DNA from: a virus
Virus record (IMG/VR): IMGVR_UViG_3300025141_016022
DNA length: 64,000 bases
Direction: 5' to 3' (one strand)
A program made the position numbers and the translations under genes. Below are positions 10,848 to 21,058 of this stretch, in pieces (position 1 is the first letter of the stretch; each line of letters opens with the position of its first letter). A model generated the notes under the pieces. It saw only the letters and a program-made list of their open reading frames with translations, did not search any database and was not told the origin of the DNA.

Positions 10848-11425
10848 CCTCAAAAATAGAAGAAAAAATAAGATTAAATTGGGAAAAATACCAAATGCTA
10901 TCAGAAAAACTTGGTGACGAAAATATAAATATTTTTCTTGAATTTATGGGTGAAAGGCTTGTCATGTGTCCTGCATCGCTTAAAGAAAATGAGTATAACT
11001 CAAGACCTGGTGGGCTTATTGAACATGCACTAGATGTTGCATTAGCAATGAAATCTATTAATGAAGCTTTAGACCTTGGTGTTTCAACATCATCTATTTT
11101 AAAAGTTGGTCTTTTTCATGAAGTTGGAAAGATAGGAGATGAGGAGAATTCTTGGGTAGTTGAACAAGATTCTGACTGGCATCGCGAAAAGCTTAAGCAA
11201 AATTATAAATATAATGAAAATGCTCCTAAGATGTCTATATCGCATAGAACACTATATCTACTTCAAAAATTTAATATTAATCTTACACAAGATGAGTGGA
11301 TTGCAATTCAGATTGCACCCGGATCACACTATGAAGAGAATAGGTTTTATGTCGGATCAGAACCTCCACTAGGTATCCTTTTACAAAAAGCTAAGTCTTT
11401 AGTAATTCATCAGTCAACAAGCTAG
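10844..11425 (+). CDS. HD-superfamily (YhaM-like) hydrolase with HE in place of HD
   Basis: GGLIEHALDV...GLFHEVGKIG; ATGA overlap with the polymerase gene. Confidence 0.65.
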   Translation: MTSKIEEKIRLNWEKYQMLSEKLGDENINIFLEFMGERLVMCPASLKENEYNSRPGGLIEHALDVALAMKSINEALDLGVSTSSILKVGLFHEVGKIGDEENSWVVEQDSDWHREKLKQNYKYNENAPKMSISHRTLYLLQKFNINLTQDEWIAIQIAPGSHYEENRFYVGSEPPLGILLQKAKSLVIHQSTS

Positions 11426-11445
11426 GAATAGAATATTTATATGAT

Positions 11446-13164
11446 ATGCCTACTAAGAAAGATAATTTTTTAAAAAGATATTTCACACAAAGGTCTGATC
11501 TATCAGGACCAATTTCAAGATCTGGCGATGGCTTCGGTGCTGCTGGTGCTATGGGTAGTGGAGATGGGTATAAAGAAAAAATAGGAAGGGAAAAGATACC
11601 GTGGTATCTAAGCGACTTTAGAGGTCAACCATCTATGGCAGCGGACTCAGGATTCTCTTCAATAGTTATGTCAAGAGTAAATAAGGGAAGAGATGAAATT
11701 CACGATCCTAAGAGAATGTTTCCAGATCAAGATGTGAAAGATTCAGATGAGGAAGATAATTACTTATCAAGGGCTCAGCATAAAATGAAAGAATCATCAC
11801 AAAAATATTTTAATGAAAATCATATAGTAAAAAATTCCCAATATTCCCTATCAGAGTTGTCATCCCTTATGGGTGAAGATATTGACTGGGAAAGGTTTAT
11901 ACCTGATCCCGTTGAAGACTTGGGATCAAGTATTTCAACAGGCATAAGTGATAACTGGAGATCATTAGTTCCCGACTCACTAGAAGATGAGGCCGAAGAT
12001 GCTTACGAGTATGTATCAGATCTTTTATCACAGGCAGCCACCCAGGGAGAAGAGGCGTATGACTTACTTTCAGATAAGATAGATACTCTTACACAAGATT
12101 CTGAAACGTTTAGAGACGTTAAAGATATAGCAATGGAAGTCGGCAGAGACTTTATAGCACTAACTGCTGCTGGGATACCAGTAATCGGAACACCTCTTGC
12201 CGCCGCTTATGTTTTATACAATCTATCAGAGCTAGACGAAGGGCAAGAGCAGGCAAGAAGGTCTATAGATCTACTCTTGACTAATGGATCGTATGAAAAT
12301 CTTGAAAATATGCAAAGAGTATCTGGCGATCTATTTGATGATTACATAGATCTTCTTCAGGCGTCGACATATCTTATTCCGTTTGTTGGAGTTGGAAGGG
12401 GAATTGTTGGGACAGCGGGAAAGCTTTTAAATAGAACAAAAGCTACAACAGCAACTGCTTTTTTAGGCCTAACTGGTTCAAGTGTTCTAAAGTCTGCTAT
12501 AAAATCAGAAATACTGCTTAGTAATGTCTTTAAGATTGCAGCCAGGATGGCAAACTCAGACGTTGCTGACTCCCTAGGTTTAGACAAAACTTACTTTTTT
12601 GATTCAATTGTTAAAATACCATCTACGCTAATAGTCATGGCAGATATTATAGAAGAGGCGATTAAGCAGTATGAATCATGGGAACAGTCAGGATCACATT
12701 CACAATTTAGATTTAATCCCTCACCTCTTTCACTACAAAGAAGTGAAATTCAAAGTTCTGAAGAGAGGTTAGCAAGTGATGACTATTTGACAGGTATCGA
12801 AGAGTGGATAAGGTCTGTTTCTAGAGACGTTACAGATTCAGTCCTGGGATCAGGACCAGATATAACAATTGAGGCAAAAAAAATGAAAGATAATGAGAAG
12901 ATATTAAGAGCATTTATTAGAGAGTCAATCTATCATACTACAAGAACTGAGCTAGAAGCAAAACCAGCCGGATGGGAGTACAGAGTACCACCCACATCAG
13001 ATGAAGATGATACATCTGCAATGGGATCAGGAAAAGATCTTGTTAATTTTAAAACAGACATGGGATATGCAAGCTATCAGTCAAGACCAGAGAATATAAA
13101 AGAACAAGCGCTAAGACGAATTATTAGAAGAAAAATTAGAATTTCTGAGTCTAAAAAAAAGTAG
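11446..13164 (+). CDS. Hypothetical, probably virion-associated protein (572 aa); possible -1 frameshift extension to 13382
   Basis: Hydrophobic IPVIG / LIPFVGVG segments; internal leader-like motifs EKILRAFIRES and EQALRRIIRRKI; ends AAA AAA AAG TAG. Confidence 0.7.
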   Translation: MPTKKDNFLKRYFTQRSDLSGPISRSGDGFGAAGAMGSGDGYKEKIGREKIPWYLSDFRGQPSMAADSGFSSIVMSRVNKGRDEIHDPKRMFPDQDVKDSDEEDNYLSRAQHKMKESSQKYFNENHIVKNSQYSLSELSSLMGEDIDWERFIPDPVEDLGSSISTGISDNWRSLVPDSLEDEAEDAYEYVSDLLSQAATQGEEAYDLLSDKIDTLTQDSETFRDVKDIAMEVGRDFIALTAAGIPVIGTPLAAAYVLYNLSELDEGQEQARRSIDLLLTNGSYENLENMQRVSGDLFDDYIDLLQASTYLIPFVGVGRGIVGTAGKLLNRTKATTATAFLGLTGSSVLKSAIKSEILLSNVFKIAARMANSDVADSLGLDKTYFFDSIVKIPSTLIVMADIIEEAIKQYESWEQSGSHSQFRFNPSPLSLQRSEIQSSEERLASDDYLTGIEEWIRSVSRDVTDSVLGSGPDITIEAKKMKDNEKILRAFIRESIYHTTRTELEAKPAGWEYRVPPTSDEDDTSAMGSGKDLVNFKTDMGYASYQSRPENIKEQALRRIIRRKIRISESKKK

Positions 13165-13382
13165 ATAGTGATAATGAGCCTCTAGATATTGATGAAGATT
13201 GCTCAGCAGAACACATCGACGAATTTAGCTCAATAGGCGGCGGATCAATTTCCGGATACACACTTCCCCTTGGAATGAAAGGCAAGGGAAGCGCAATGGA
13301 TAGTGTCTTTCCCTGGAAGAAAGTAAAAAATAAGTCACAAAGTAAGAAAAAAAGATCAAAAAAGACTTCTAAAAAATCTTGA
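13155..13382 (+). CDS. Start-less -1 frame extension (KKVDSDNEPLDIDE...EFSSIGGGSISGYTLPLG...KKTSKKS)
   Basis: Open frame starts right after TAA 13152-13154, exactly at the A_AAA_AAG heptamer, and runs 75 codons to TGA 13380-13382. It fills the gap before the SSB promoter. Confidence 0.6.
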   Translation, partial: KKVDSDNEPLDIDEDCSAEHIDEFSSIGGGSISGYTLPLGMKGKGSAMDSVFPWKKVKNKSQSKKKRSKKTSKKS

Positions 13383-13407
13383 AAATATTTTCTATTTGCT
13401 GTAATAT
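13379..13407 (+). promoter_or_regulatory. Candidate sigma70-type promoter TTGAAA-N17-TAATAT for the SSB gene
   Basis: TTGAAA 13379-13384, TAATAT 13402-13407. Confidence 0.5.
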
Positions 13408-13479
13408 CATTATGCAATGGCAAATTAAACATTAAAAACTAACACATTGCAATTTAAAAACTAAAAGGAAAAAAATAAC

Positions 13480-14265
13480 ATGGCAATTGATTTTGAAGCA
13501 ATTAGAAAAAAGCTTGATCGGCTTAGTGGAGCAACACGAAATAGATCGGTTATGTGGAAACCAACTGAAGGTGAAGAGCACGTCGTTCGGCTGCTTTCTT
13601 TTCCCGATAATGATGGACAACCATTTAGGGAGATGTGGTTCTACTACGGGATTGGAAACAATAGAGGACTATTGGCACCGAACCAGTTTGGAAAACCTGA
13701 TCCCATTCAGGAGTTAATTACTAATCTTCGAGAGGATGGGTCAAAGGAGTCTTATGAGCTAGCAAAGAAGCTATATCCAAAGATGAGAACATATGCGCCT
13801 GTCATTGTTCGCGGAGAAGAGGACAAAGGTGTTCAAATTTGGGGATTTGGAAAGACTGTTTACCAGGCACTTCTAGGTCTCATGCTTGATGAAGACTATG
13901 GTGATATTACAGATCCAAAGACTGGAAGAGATATAAAGGTGTCATGTGTTAAGCAGCCAGGAAGAAAGTGGGCAATGACTGAAGTTCGACCAAGAGGAAA
14001 GCAGTCAAATCTTGCGACTAGCTCCGAGAAAGCTTCAGAGTGGACTACAACTATTCCGAATCTTGATGACATTTATACATGCAAGACTTACGATGAGCTA
14101 TCAAAGATTGTCAATGATTGGATCTCTGACGAAGAAGATGATGGATTCGGAAGTGATGGTCTAGATAATTCATCTAATACAACAAGTACAAGTAGCACGA
14201 CAGAAGCGTCTAGCAAGTCATACAATAATTTAGACGATGCTTTTGCTGATTTGATGGATGAATAA
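13480..14265 (+). CDS. Single-stranded DNA-binding protein (T4 gp32-like)
   Basis: WKP...VRLLS...PF..WFYY; VQIWGFGKTVYQ; DITDPKTGRDIKV; acidic tail LDDAFADLMDE; upstream of recA; AAGGA SD. Confidence 0.8.
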   Translation: MAIDFEAIRKKLDRLSGATRNRSVMWKPTEGEEHVVRLLSFPDNDGQPFREMWFYYGIGNNRGLLAPNQFGKPDPIQELITNLREDGSKESYELAKKLYPKMRTYAPVIVRGEEDKGVQIWGFGKTVYQALLGLMLDEDYGDITDPKTGRDIKVSCVKQPGRKWAMTEVRPRGKQSNLATSSEKASEWTTTIPNLDDIYTCKTYDELSKIVNDWISDEEDDGFGSDGLDNSSNTTSTSSTTEASSKSYNNLDDAFADLMDE

Positions 14266-14293
14266 GAAATCTTAAAATATTAGAAATATAAAT

Positions 14294-14325
14294 AAGCGGC
14301 ACCAGATTTAATCTGGTGCCGCTTT
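14294..14325 (+). terminator. Perfect 14-bp hairpin, probable intrinsic terminator or attenuator after SSB
   Basis: AAGCGGCACCAGAT-TTA-ATCTGGTGCCGCTT followed by T; U-tract is short. Confidence 0.65.
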
Positions 14326-14352
14326 GAACATATACTGTTTTTACTGTATATT
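14324..14352 (+). promoter_or_regulatory. Candidate sigma70-type promoter TTGAAC-N17-TATATT for recA
   Basis: TTGAAC 14324-14329, TATATT 14347-14352. Confidence 0.55.
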
Positions 14353-14374
14353 AAATCATATTTTAGAGGAAGAA

Positions 14375-15541
14375 ATGGGAAAAGATATCATACCTGAAGA
14401 TTTTACGCAAGACTTGATCAAGTCTCTAAACAAAGATCACGGTCAAAGAGTTGCATATAATTTATCAGTTGATGAATCACCTACACATGTAAAAAGATGG
14501 ATTAGCACTGGTTCAACTCTTCTTGATTATATATGTTCGAATAGAAGAGATGGCGGTCTTCCAGAAGGAAGAATTGTTGAAATATTTGGCCCACCATCAA
14601 TTGGAAAGTCTCACATAGCAACGCAGATTGCAAGAAATACTCAAAAGCTAGGGGGCATAGTTGTTTACATTGACACGGAAAATGCAACCTCAGTAGAAAA
14701 TTTGCAAATGCTTGGTGTAGACGTTTCAAAAAGGTTTGTGTATGTTGATACTCATTGTACAGAAGAGGTTTTTCAAGTTGCAGAATCTACAATTTTAAAG
14801 GCAAAGGGAATGAACAAAGACGTTCCTATTACAATTGTATGGGATTCAGTTGCTGCTTCATCTCCAAAAGCTGAACTTATTGGTGACTACGATAAAGAGT
14901 CAATTGGGCTGCAAGCAAGGGCAATTTCAAAAGGGATGAGAAAAATAACAGGTGTTATTGGTGAGACAAATACGCTTTTTGTAATTTTAAATCAAATAAG
15001 AACAAAGATAGGTGTTATGTTTGGAGATCCTCATACTACTCCGGGTGGTAAAGCTATACCATTTCATGCATCAACAAGAATTAAACTTGGAGCAGGGCAG
15101 CAGATTAAAGATGGGGATGACGTTATAGGAATTAATGTCTCTGCGAAAACAATTAAAAATAAAGTAGCACCACCGTTTAGGAAAGTTAATTTTGAAATTC
15201 ATTTTGGTGTAGGAATAAAAGAACATGAGCAAGTGTTTGACCTGCTAAGAAAAAACGGACCAGAGGAAATAGACGGAAATAAAATTGAAGTATCAGGAAC
15301 GGGCGGATGGAAAAACTTGAGTGTATGTAATTTATCAACTGGAGAAATTCTAGTTGATAAAAAGTTTAGAAAGGCAGAATTTGACACGATTCTTTCGTGC
15401 CCAGACCATTCAAATTATCTAAATGATTTAATTGAGGTTGCTATGGTTAAAAAGTTTAATACTTCACCAGACATAGATGTTGAATCACTTAGTGAAATGG
15501 AAGCAGTTGCAATAGAATTGGAAATGGCCGATCTCAAATAG
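14375..15541 (+). CDS. recA: RecA/UvsX recombinase
   Basis: GGLPEGRIVEIFGPPSIGKS (Walker A), YIDTENA, IVWDSVAA, GLQARAIS, NQIR, TTPGGKAIPF, KNKVAPPF. Start moved to ATG 14375 behind GAGGA. Confidence 0.95.
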   Translation: MGKDIIPEDFTQDLIKSLNKDHGQRVAYNLSVDESPTHVKRWISTGSTLLDYICSNRRDGGLPEGRIVEIFGPPSIGKSHIATQIARNTQKLGGIVVYIDTENATSVENLQMLGVDVSKRFVYVDTHCTEEVFQVAESTILKAKGMNKDVPITIVWDSVAASSPKAELIGDYDKESIGLQARAISKGMRKITGVIGETNTLFVILNQIRTKIGVMFGDPHTTPGGKAIPFHASTRIKLGAGQQIKDGDDVIGINVSAKTIKNKVAPPFRKVNFEIHFGVGIKEHEQVFDLLRKNGPEEIDGNKIEVSGTGGWKNLSVCNLSTGEILVDKKFRKAEFDTILSCPDHSNYLNDLIEVAMVKKFNTSPDIDVESLSEMEAVAIELEMADLK

Positions 15542-15542
15542 A

Positions 15543-16490
15543 ATGGACACATGTATAATTGTTGACGGATTAAACTTATTTACTAGACACTTTGTTGCAA
15601 ATCCATCTACAAATCAGAACGGAGAGAGTGTAGGTGGTATTACTGGTACCGTCACTGCTATATCAAGACTTTCGGAAAGATTTAGCCCAGACAGAATTGT
15701 AGTCGTATGGGAATCTGGTGGGTCCTCGAGAAAGCGTGCAATTTTTCCAAACTATAAGTCAGGTAGAAGACCGCAAAGGCTTAATAGATACTACGGTGAT
15801 GACATACCCGACACAGTTGAAAATAGAGACAACCAGTTAGAAATTCTAATATCAATTTTAAGAAATATGCCCATAGTTCAGATATACATTCCAGACTGCG
15901 AAGCAGATGATGTCATCGGGTATCTTTCAAAGTATACACTAAGAGAAATGAGAAAAGTAATTGTTTCATCAGATAAGGATTTTTATCAGCTTTTAGACAA
16001 GAATACATTAATTTACTCACCTACATGGAAAAAGTTTGTTTCTTTTAAACAAGTTAGAGAAAAATTTGAAATATCTGCACAGAATTTCTGTCTTGGAAAA
16101 TCAATATGCGGCGACGTGTCAGATAATATTGACGGAATCAAAGGCGCAGGATTTAAAACTGTTGCAAAAAGGTTTCCAAGATTTAGGGAGGAAAATTTTT
16201 TTACAATTTCTGAACTTATGGCTGAGTGTAGCAGGAAGATAGAAAGTGGCTCTAAGGTTAAGATATACAAGTCGATAATTGAAAATGAAGATGTCATAAG
16301 GCGAAACTGGAAATTAATTAATCTTGACACTAACAATTTATCACACAGCCAAATTGCTAAAATAGTAAATTCAATTGATACTTTTAGCCCTACACGAAAT
16401 AAAATGAATATATTGAAAATTTTTAAAAATCACGCAATTCAAAATATTGACGTAGATAGATTTTTTTTATCAATGAAATTACTCAAATAA
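15543..16490 (+). CDS. 5'-3' exonuclease / flap endonuclease (T4 RNase H-like)
   Basis: IVDGLN, YKSGR, EADDVIG, SSDKDFYQL, GDVSDNIDGIKGAG. Confidence 0.92.
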   Translation: MDTCIIVDGLNLFTRHFVANPSTNQNGESVGGITGTVTAISRLSERFSPDRIVVVWESGGSSRKRAIFPNYKSGRRPQRLNRYYGDDIPDTVENRDNQLEILISILRNMPIVQIYIPDCEADDVIGYLSKYTLREMRKVIVSSDKDFYQLLDKNTLIYSPTWKKFVSFKQVREKFEISAQNFCLGKSICGDVSDNIDGIKGAGFKTVAKRFPRFREENFFTISELMAECSRKIESGSKVKIYKSIIENEDVIRRNWKLINLDTNNLSHSQIAKIVNSIDTFSPTRNKMNILKIFKNHAIQNIDVDRFFLSMKLLK

Positions 16491-16500
16491 GAGAAGGATA

Positions 16501-17871
16501 ATGAGCGAAGAAGCATACTTTGGAAAGTACGGAAAATCATTTCAGGAAAAAATATTTCAAGCATTTATAGCTGACTCCAACTGGGCAGCACAAATGATAG
16601 AGATAATGACTCCTACATATTTTGAAAAAGAATATTTGAAATATCTTACTAGTAAATATTTCTCCTATTATGAAAAATACAAGTGTTTTCCTACACTTCC
16701 ACTTCTTGTAACGATAGTAAGAGATGATCTAAGAGAGGGAAATGATGTAATATTGAGAGATCAAATAGTAGAATTTCTGCACAGGGTAAAAACAAACCCA
16801 GATGTAGGAGATCTTTGCTTTGTAAAAGAGAAGTCTCTTGATTTTTGCAAAAAACAGTCTCTGAAAGATGCACTTGAACAAGCTGTTGACCTAATTGCAA
16901 CTGAAAAATATGATTCAGTTGTCACTCTTATGAAAGAAGCTATATCAAAGGGTACACCTGCAACACTTGGTCACGACTTCTTTAATGAATATGAAACTAG
17001 ATTTACAAAGATAACAAGATCTACATGTCCGACAGGCCTAGCACAGATAGATAAAAAAGATATTTTAAACGGCGGTCTTGGTCGAGGGGAAATTGGTGTC
17101 ATTACAGCACCAACCGGAGTGGGAAAATCACACTTTCTTGTTCACGTCGGATGTGAGGCGCTAAAGGTTGGGAAAAATGTAATACATTACACATTTGAAT
17201 TATCTGAAAGAGCTGTTGGGATAAGATATGACTCAAATCTTTGTAATATTCCCAGTAATGATATTGTTGAAAGAAAGGATGAGGTTATAAAGAACTACAA
17301 AGATAGTGATTTAGGCAGGCTAATCATTAAAGAATATCCAACGGGATCTGCAACCGTTATGACAATTAGAAATCATATTGAAAAGCTTCTATTGAAAGGT
17401 TTTGTACCAAGCCTGATAGTCATTGATTACGCAGACATTATGAGATCATCAAGGTCTTATGACTCTTTGCGACACGAGTTAAAACTAGTATATGAAGAAT
17501 TGAGAAATCTTGCAATGGATATGAACCTTCCAGTATGGACTGCTTCTCAGGCAAACAGAGAGGCATCAAATGCATCCGTTGTCGGTCTAGAGAATATGTC
17601 AGAAGCATATGGAAAAGCAATGGTTGCAGATGTTGTTCTTTCAATATCAAGAAAGCCAATGGAAAAAGCAACAGGCGAAGGAAGGCTTTTCATAGCAAAG
17701 AACAGGGCAGGAAGAGATGGAATACTATTTCCAATTTATCTCGACACGTCAATGTCAAAGCTTAGAATTGTTCAAGATTCTTCTGAGATGTCACTTTCTG
17801 ATGTAGTAAAGTCAGATGAGTCAGATATGAAGAATCTTTTAAAGAAAAAATGGAGACAGGTCAATTCTTAG
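16501..17871 (+). CDS. dnaB: Replicative DnaB-like helicase (gp41-like)
   Basis: APTGVGKS, FELS, IVIDYADIM, WTASQANR, KNRAG. Confidence 0.92.
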   Translation: MSEEAYFGKYGKSFQEKIFQAFIADSNWAAQMIEIMTPTYFEKEYLKYLTSKYFSYYEKYKCFPTLPLLVTIVRDDLREGNDVILRDQIVEFLHRVKTNPDVGDLCFVKEKSLDFCKKQSLKDALEQAVDLIATEKYDSVVTLMKEAISKGTPATLGHDFFNEYETRFTKITRSTCPTGLAQIDKKDILNGGLGRGEIGVITAPTGVGKSHFLVHVGCEALKVGKNVIHYTFELSERAVGIRYDSNLCNIPSNDIVERKDEVIKNYKDSDLGRLIIKEYPTGSATVMTIRNHIEKLLLKGFVPSLIVIDYADIMRSSRSYDSLRHELKLVYEELRNLAMDMNLPVWTASQANREASNASVVGLENMSEAYGKAMVADVVLSISRKPMEKATGEGRLFIAKNRAGRDGILFPIYLDTSMSKLRIVQDSSEMSLSDVVKSDESDMKNLLKKKWRQVNS

Positions 17872-17900
17872 GTGTAATATTGACTTAAAGGAAAAAATCA

Positions 17901-20417
17901 ATGTTTACTTATGACAACGTATATGAATCAAGTCTAAAATATTTCAAGGGAGATTCTCTGGCTTCAAATGTTTTTTTAACGAAATATGCTTTAACTGGCA
18001 GAGATGGTGATATTCTTGAAGAATGTCCAGAAGATATGCACAAAAGACTTGCAAAAGAGTTTGCTAGAGTAGAGAAAAAATACCCCAATCCTGTATCAGA
18101 AAGAGAAATTTTCTCCCTTTTGAAAGATTTCAAGTATATAATACCGCAGGGTTCACCTATGGCTGGTATTGGAAATAATAATCAGATACAGTCAATATCA
18201 AACTGCTTTGTTGTCGAATCACCTCACGATTCTTATGGTGGAATTCTTAAGACAGACCAAGAGCTAGTTCAGATTGCCAAACGGCGAGGAGGTGTAGGTT
18301 TTGACATATCCAATATTAGACCAAAGGGTATGACAACTGGGAATGCAGCAAGGACAACAGACGGAATTGAAGTTTTCATGGATAGATTTAGCAATTCATG
18401 TCGTGAAGTAGCCCAGGGAGGCAGACGCGGTGCATTAATGCTAACCATATCAGTCCACCATCCGCAGATAAAAGATTTTATAAAGATTAAAAGAGATCTA
18501 TCAAGAGTTACAGGTGCAAATATATCAGTAAGAGTAACAGATGAGTTTATGAATGCTGTAAAAGAAAATGGTGAAGTTGGGCTTAGATGGCCTGTTGACT
18601 CCTCATCACCAAAAGTTACAAAGATCGAACAAGCTTCAGAAATATGGCACCTCTTAATTGAGTCAGCACATTCATCAGCAGAGCCTGGAATATTATTTTG
18701 GGATACTGCTAAGTCAATGACACCTTCTGACATATACGAAAGTGAAGGCTTTGGATCTGTGTCAACAAACCCATGCGGTGAAATTATATTGTCGCCGTAT
18801 GATTCATGCAGGCTTATGCTTGTAAACTTGACTTCTTTTGTAAGAGACCCGTGGTCAGATAATGCTGAGTTTAACTTTGGCGATTTTGCATCAAAAGTTC
18901 AAAAAGCTCAGCGGTTAATGGATGACATGATCGATCTTGAAGTAGAGCAAGTAGACAAGATTATTCAAAAAATAGAGAATGATACTCAGCCTGAAAGTGT
19001 AAAAAAGATTGAGAAAGATCTATGGGAAAATATCAAGCTTCAAGCTGTCAATGGCAGAAGAACCGGTCTCGGGATAACTGGTCTGGGTGATACACTTGCA
19101 ATGTTATCCATACGATACGGATCAAAGGAATCTATCAGAATAACAGAAGAAATATATAAGTGGCTTGCAATTAATTCTTACGAGTCATCTATTATCCTTG
19201 CAAAAGAAAGAGGGTCATTCCCAGCGTGGGATTCAGAAAAAGAAAAAGATCATCCGTTTATTTCAAGAATTGTAAGTGAGCTTCTACCCCACAGACAAGA
19301 AGATTATGAAAAATATGGTAGAAGAAATATTGCAAATACTACAACAGCTCCTGCTGGGTCAGTATCAGTCCTTACACAGACAACATCTGGCATTGAGCCG
19401 GCATTTATGCTTCACTATACACGACGTAAAAAGCTGACAGGTCAAGATTCAAGCGGAAGAGTAGATTTTGTAGATGATAGCGGTGATGAATGGCAAGAAT
19501 ATACTGTGTATCATCATGGGTTTAAAAGATGGATGAAGCACATGTCCGAATCGGATCCTGATATCTTTATGGGTCTTTCAGATGATGAGATGGTATCAAT
19601 GAGTCCATACACAAGGGCAACTGCTAGTGAGATTGACTGGATCTCGAAAGTAAAAATGCAGGCCGCTGCTCAAAAGTGGGTATGTCATGCAATATCAAAT
19701 ACAACAAATCTACCCTCTGATGTTGATGTTGAAACTGTAAAGAAAGTTTATATGACAGGCTGGGAGCTTGGCTGCAAAGGAGTAACAGTATATCGCGATG
19801 GAAGTAGAGCTGGAGTTCTTGTATCTAGTGATAAAACATCGAAAAAGAAAGACCTATCCTTTAAAAGCAATCGTGCACCAAAGCGCCCAGAGATCCTGTC
19901 TTGTGAAATACATCAAGCTTCTGTTTCAGGAGAGCCGTGGACTATAATAGTAGGATTGATGCAAGGAAGGCCATACGAGATATTTGGGGGAAAATCTGAA
20001 TATGTTGAAATACCGAGAAAATATAAATCTGGATTTTTAACAAAAAAATCTAGAAAGACTATGAATTCAAAATATAATCTAAGCTTCGGCGAAGAAGGCG
20101 AAGAAATAATTGTAAGAGATATTGCAACTGTATTCGACAACCCAAATTATTCAGCATTTACAAGAACATTATCACTAGCATTACGACACGGAGCTCCTGT
20201 TAACTATGTCTGTGAGCAACTTCAAAAAGATAGGGATGCAGATTTATTTAGTTTTTCAAAAGTAATAGCAAGATGTCTTAAAAAGTACATAGCAGATGGA
20301 ACAAAGCCTGGAAACGGAACAATAGATTGTAACTGTGATAATGCAGAAGAGTGCGAAGTAGTATATCAAGAGGGATGTGCTACATGCCTTACATGTGGTT
20401 TTGCGAAATGCGGATAA
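17901..20417 (+). CDS. nrdJ: Ribonucleotide reductase, class II (adenosylcobalamin-dependent)
   Basis: SNCF, RRGGVG, GRRGALM, TNPCGEI, RRTGLG, TTAPAGSVS, CKGVTVYRDGSR; C-terminal TSCPD-like region and Cys cluster; no R2 gene adjacent. Confidence 0.88.
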   Translation: MFTYDNVYESSLKYFKGDSLASNVFLTKYALTGRDGDILEECPEDMHKRLAKEFARVEKKYPNPVSEREIFSLLKDFKYIIPQGSPMAGIGNNNQIQSISNCFVVESPHDSYGGILKTDQELVQIAKRRGGVGFDISNIRPKGMTTGNAARTTDGIEVFMDRFSNSCREVAQGGRRGALMLTISVHHPQIKDFIKIKRDLSRVTGANISVRVTDEFMNAVKENGEVGLRWPVDSSSPKVTKIEQASEIWHLLIESAHSSAEPGILFWDTAKSMTPSDIYESEGFGSVSTNPCGEIILSPYDSCRLMLVNLTSFVRDPWSDNAEFNFGDFASKVQKAQRLMDDMIDLEVEQVDKIIQKIENDTQPESVKKIEKDLWENIKLQAVNGRRTGLGITGLGDTLAMLSIRYGSKESIRITEEIYKWLAINSYESSIILAKERGSFPAWDSEKEKDHPFISRIVSELLPHRQEDYEKYGRRNIANTTTAPAGSVSVLTQTTSGIEPAFMLHYTRRKKLTGQDSSGRVDFVDDSGDEWQEYTVYHHGFKRWMKHMSESDPDIFMGLSDDEMVSMSPYTRATASEIDWISKVKMQAAAQKWVCHAISNTTNLPSDVDVETVKKVYMTGWELGCKGVTVYRDGSRAGVLVSSDKTSKKKDLSFKSNRAPKRPEILSCEIHQASVSGEPWTIIVGLMQGRPYEIFGGKSEYVEIPRKYKSGFLTKKSRKTMNSKYNLSFGEEGEEIIVRDIATVFDNPNYSAFTRTLSLALRHGAPVNYVCEQLQKDRDADLFSFSKVIARCLKKYIADGTKPGNGTIDCNCDNAEECEVVYQEGCATCLTCGFAKCG

Positions 20418-20448
20418 TAATTAGTATAAACCCAAGAGGAATTTAAAA

Positions 20449-21051
20449 ATGCATTGGAAAAGTACAATATCACCTTTAATAAAAGAAATAGAGCTAAGAA
20501 AATCTCCTCAAATAATAAGAGTAAATAAGTTCGATGAAAAGTCAGCAAAAGAATTTCAAGATCAAGTATCACTTGCGCACAACACAGGGCAAAAGGTAAT
20601 TCCTGTTATCATCGATTCTTATGGCGGCCAAGTTTATTCGCTTATGGCAATGATAGCTACAATTAATGCATCTGAAATACCAATTGTAACAATTGTAGAG
20701 GGAAAGGCGATGTCTTGCGGTGCAGTCTTATTTTCATTTGGTGAACAGGGTCTAAGATTTATGGATCCCGATGCTACTATTATGATTCATGATGTTTCAT
20801 CTATGGATTTTGGAAAAGTTGAAGAGTTAAAAGCTAGCGCAGCAGAGGCAGATCGTCTAAATGATAAAATTTATACTATGATGGCTAGGAATTGCGGAAA
20901 GAAAGATGACTATTTTTTAAAAATTGTAGATAAGAAAAAGCATGCAGACTGGTTTTTAGATTCTAATGAAGCAAAGAAGCATGGAATGGCAAATCAGATA
21001 AGAGTTCCAAAGCTTTCAATAAGTGTAGATGTGTCAATAGACCTGGAGTAA
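20449..21051 (+). CDS. clpP: ClpP-like serine protease
   Basis: IDSYGGQV, GKAMSCGA (catalytic Ser), IMIHD, DWFLDSNEAKKHG. Confidence 0.85.
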   Translation: MHWKSTISPLIKEIELRKSPQIIRVNKFDEKSAKEFQDQVSLAHNTGQKVIPVIIDSYGGQVYSLMAMIATINASEIPIVTIVEGKAMSCGAVLFSFGEQGLRFMDPDATIMIHDVSSMDFGKVEELKASAAEADRLNDKIYTMMARNCGKKDDYFLKIVDKKKHADWFLDSNEAKKHGMANQIRVPKLSISVDVSIDLE

Positions 21052-21058
21052 ATATAAA

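Noticed and set aside
13151-13620. Minus-strand ORFs 13151..13432 and 13432..13620
   Set aside because: Phe/Leu-rich mirror of Lys-rich plus-strand sequence. The plus-strand -1 extension and SSB gene explain the region better.
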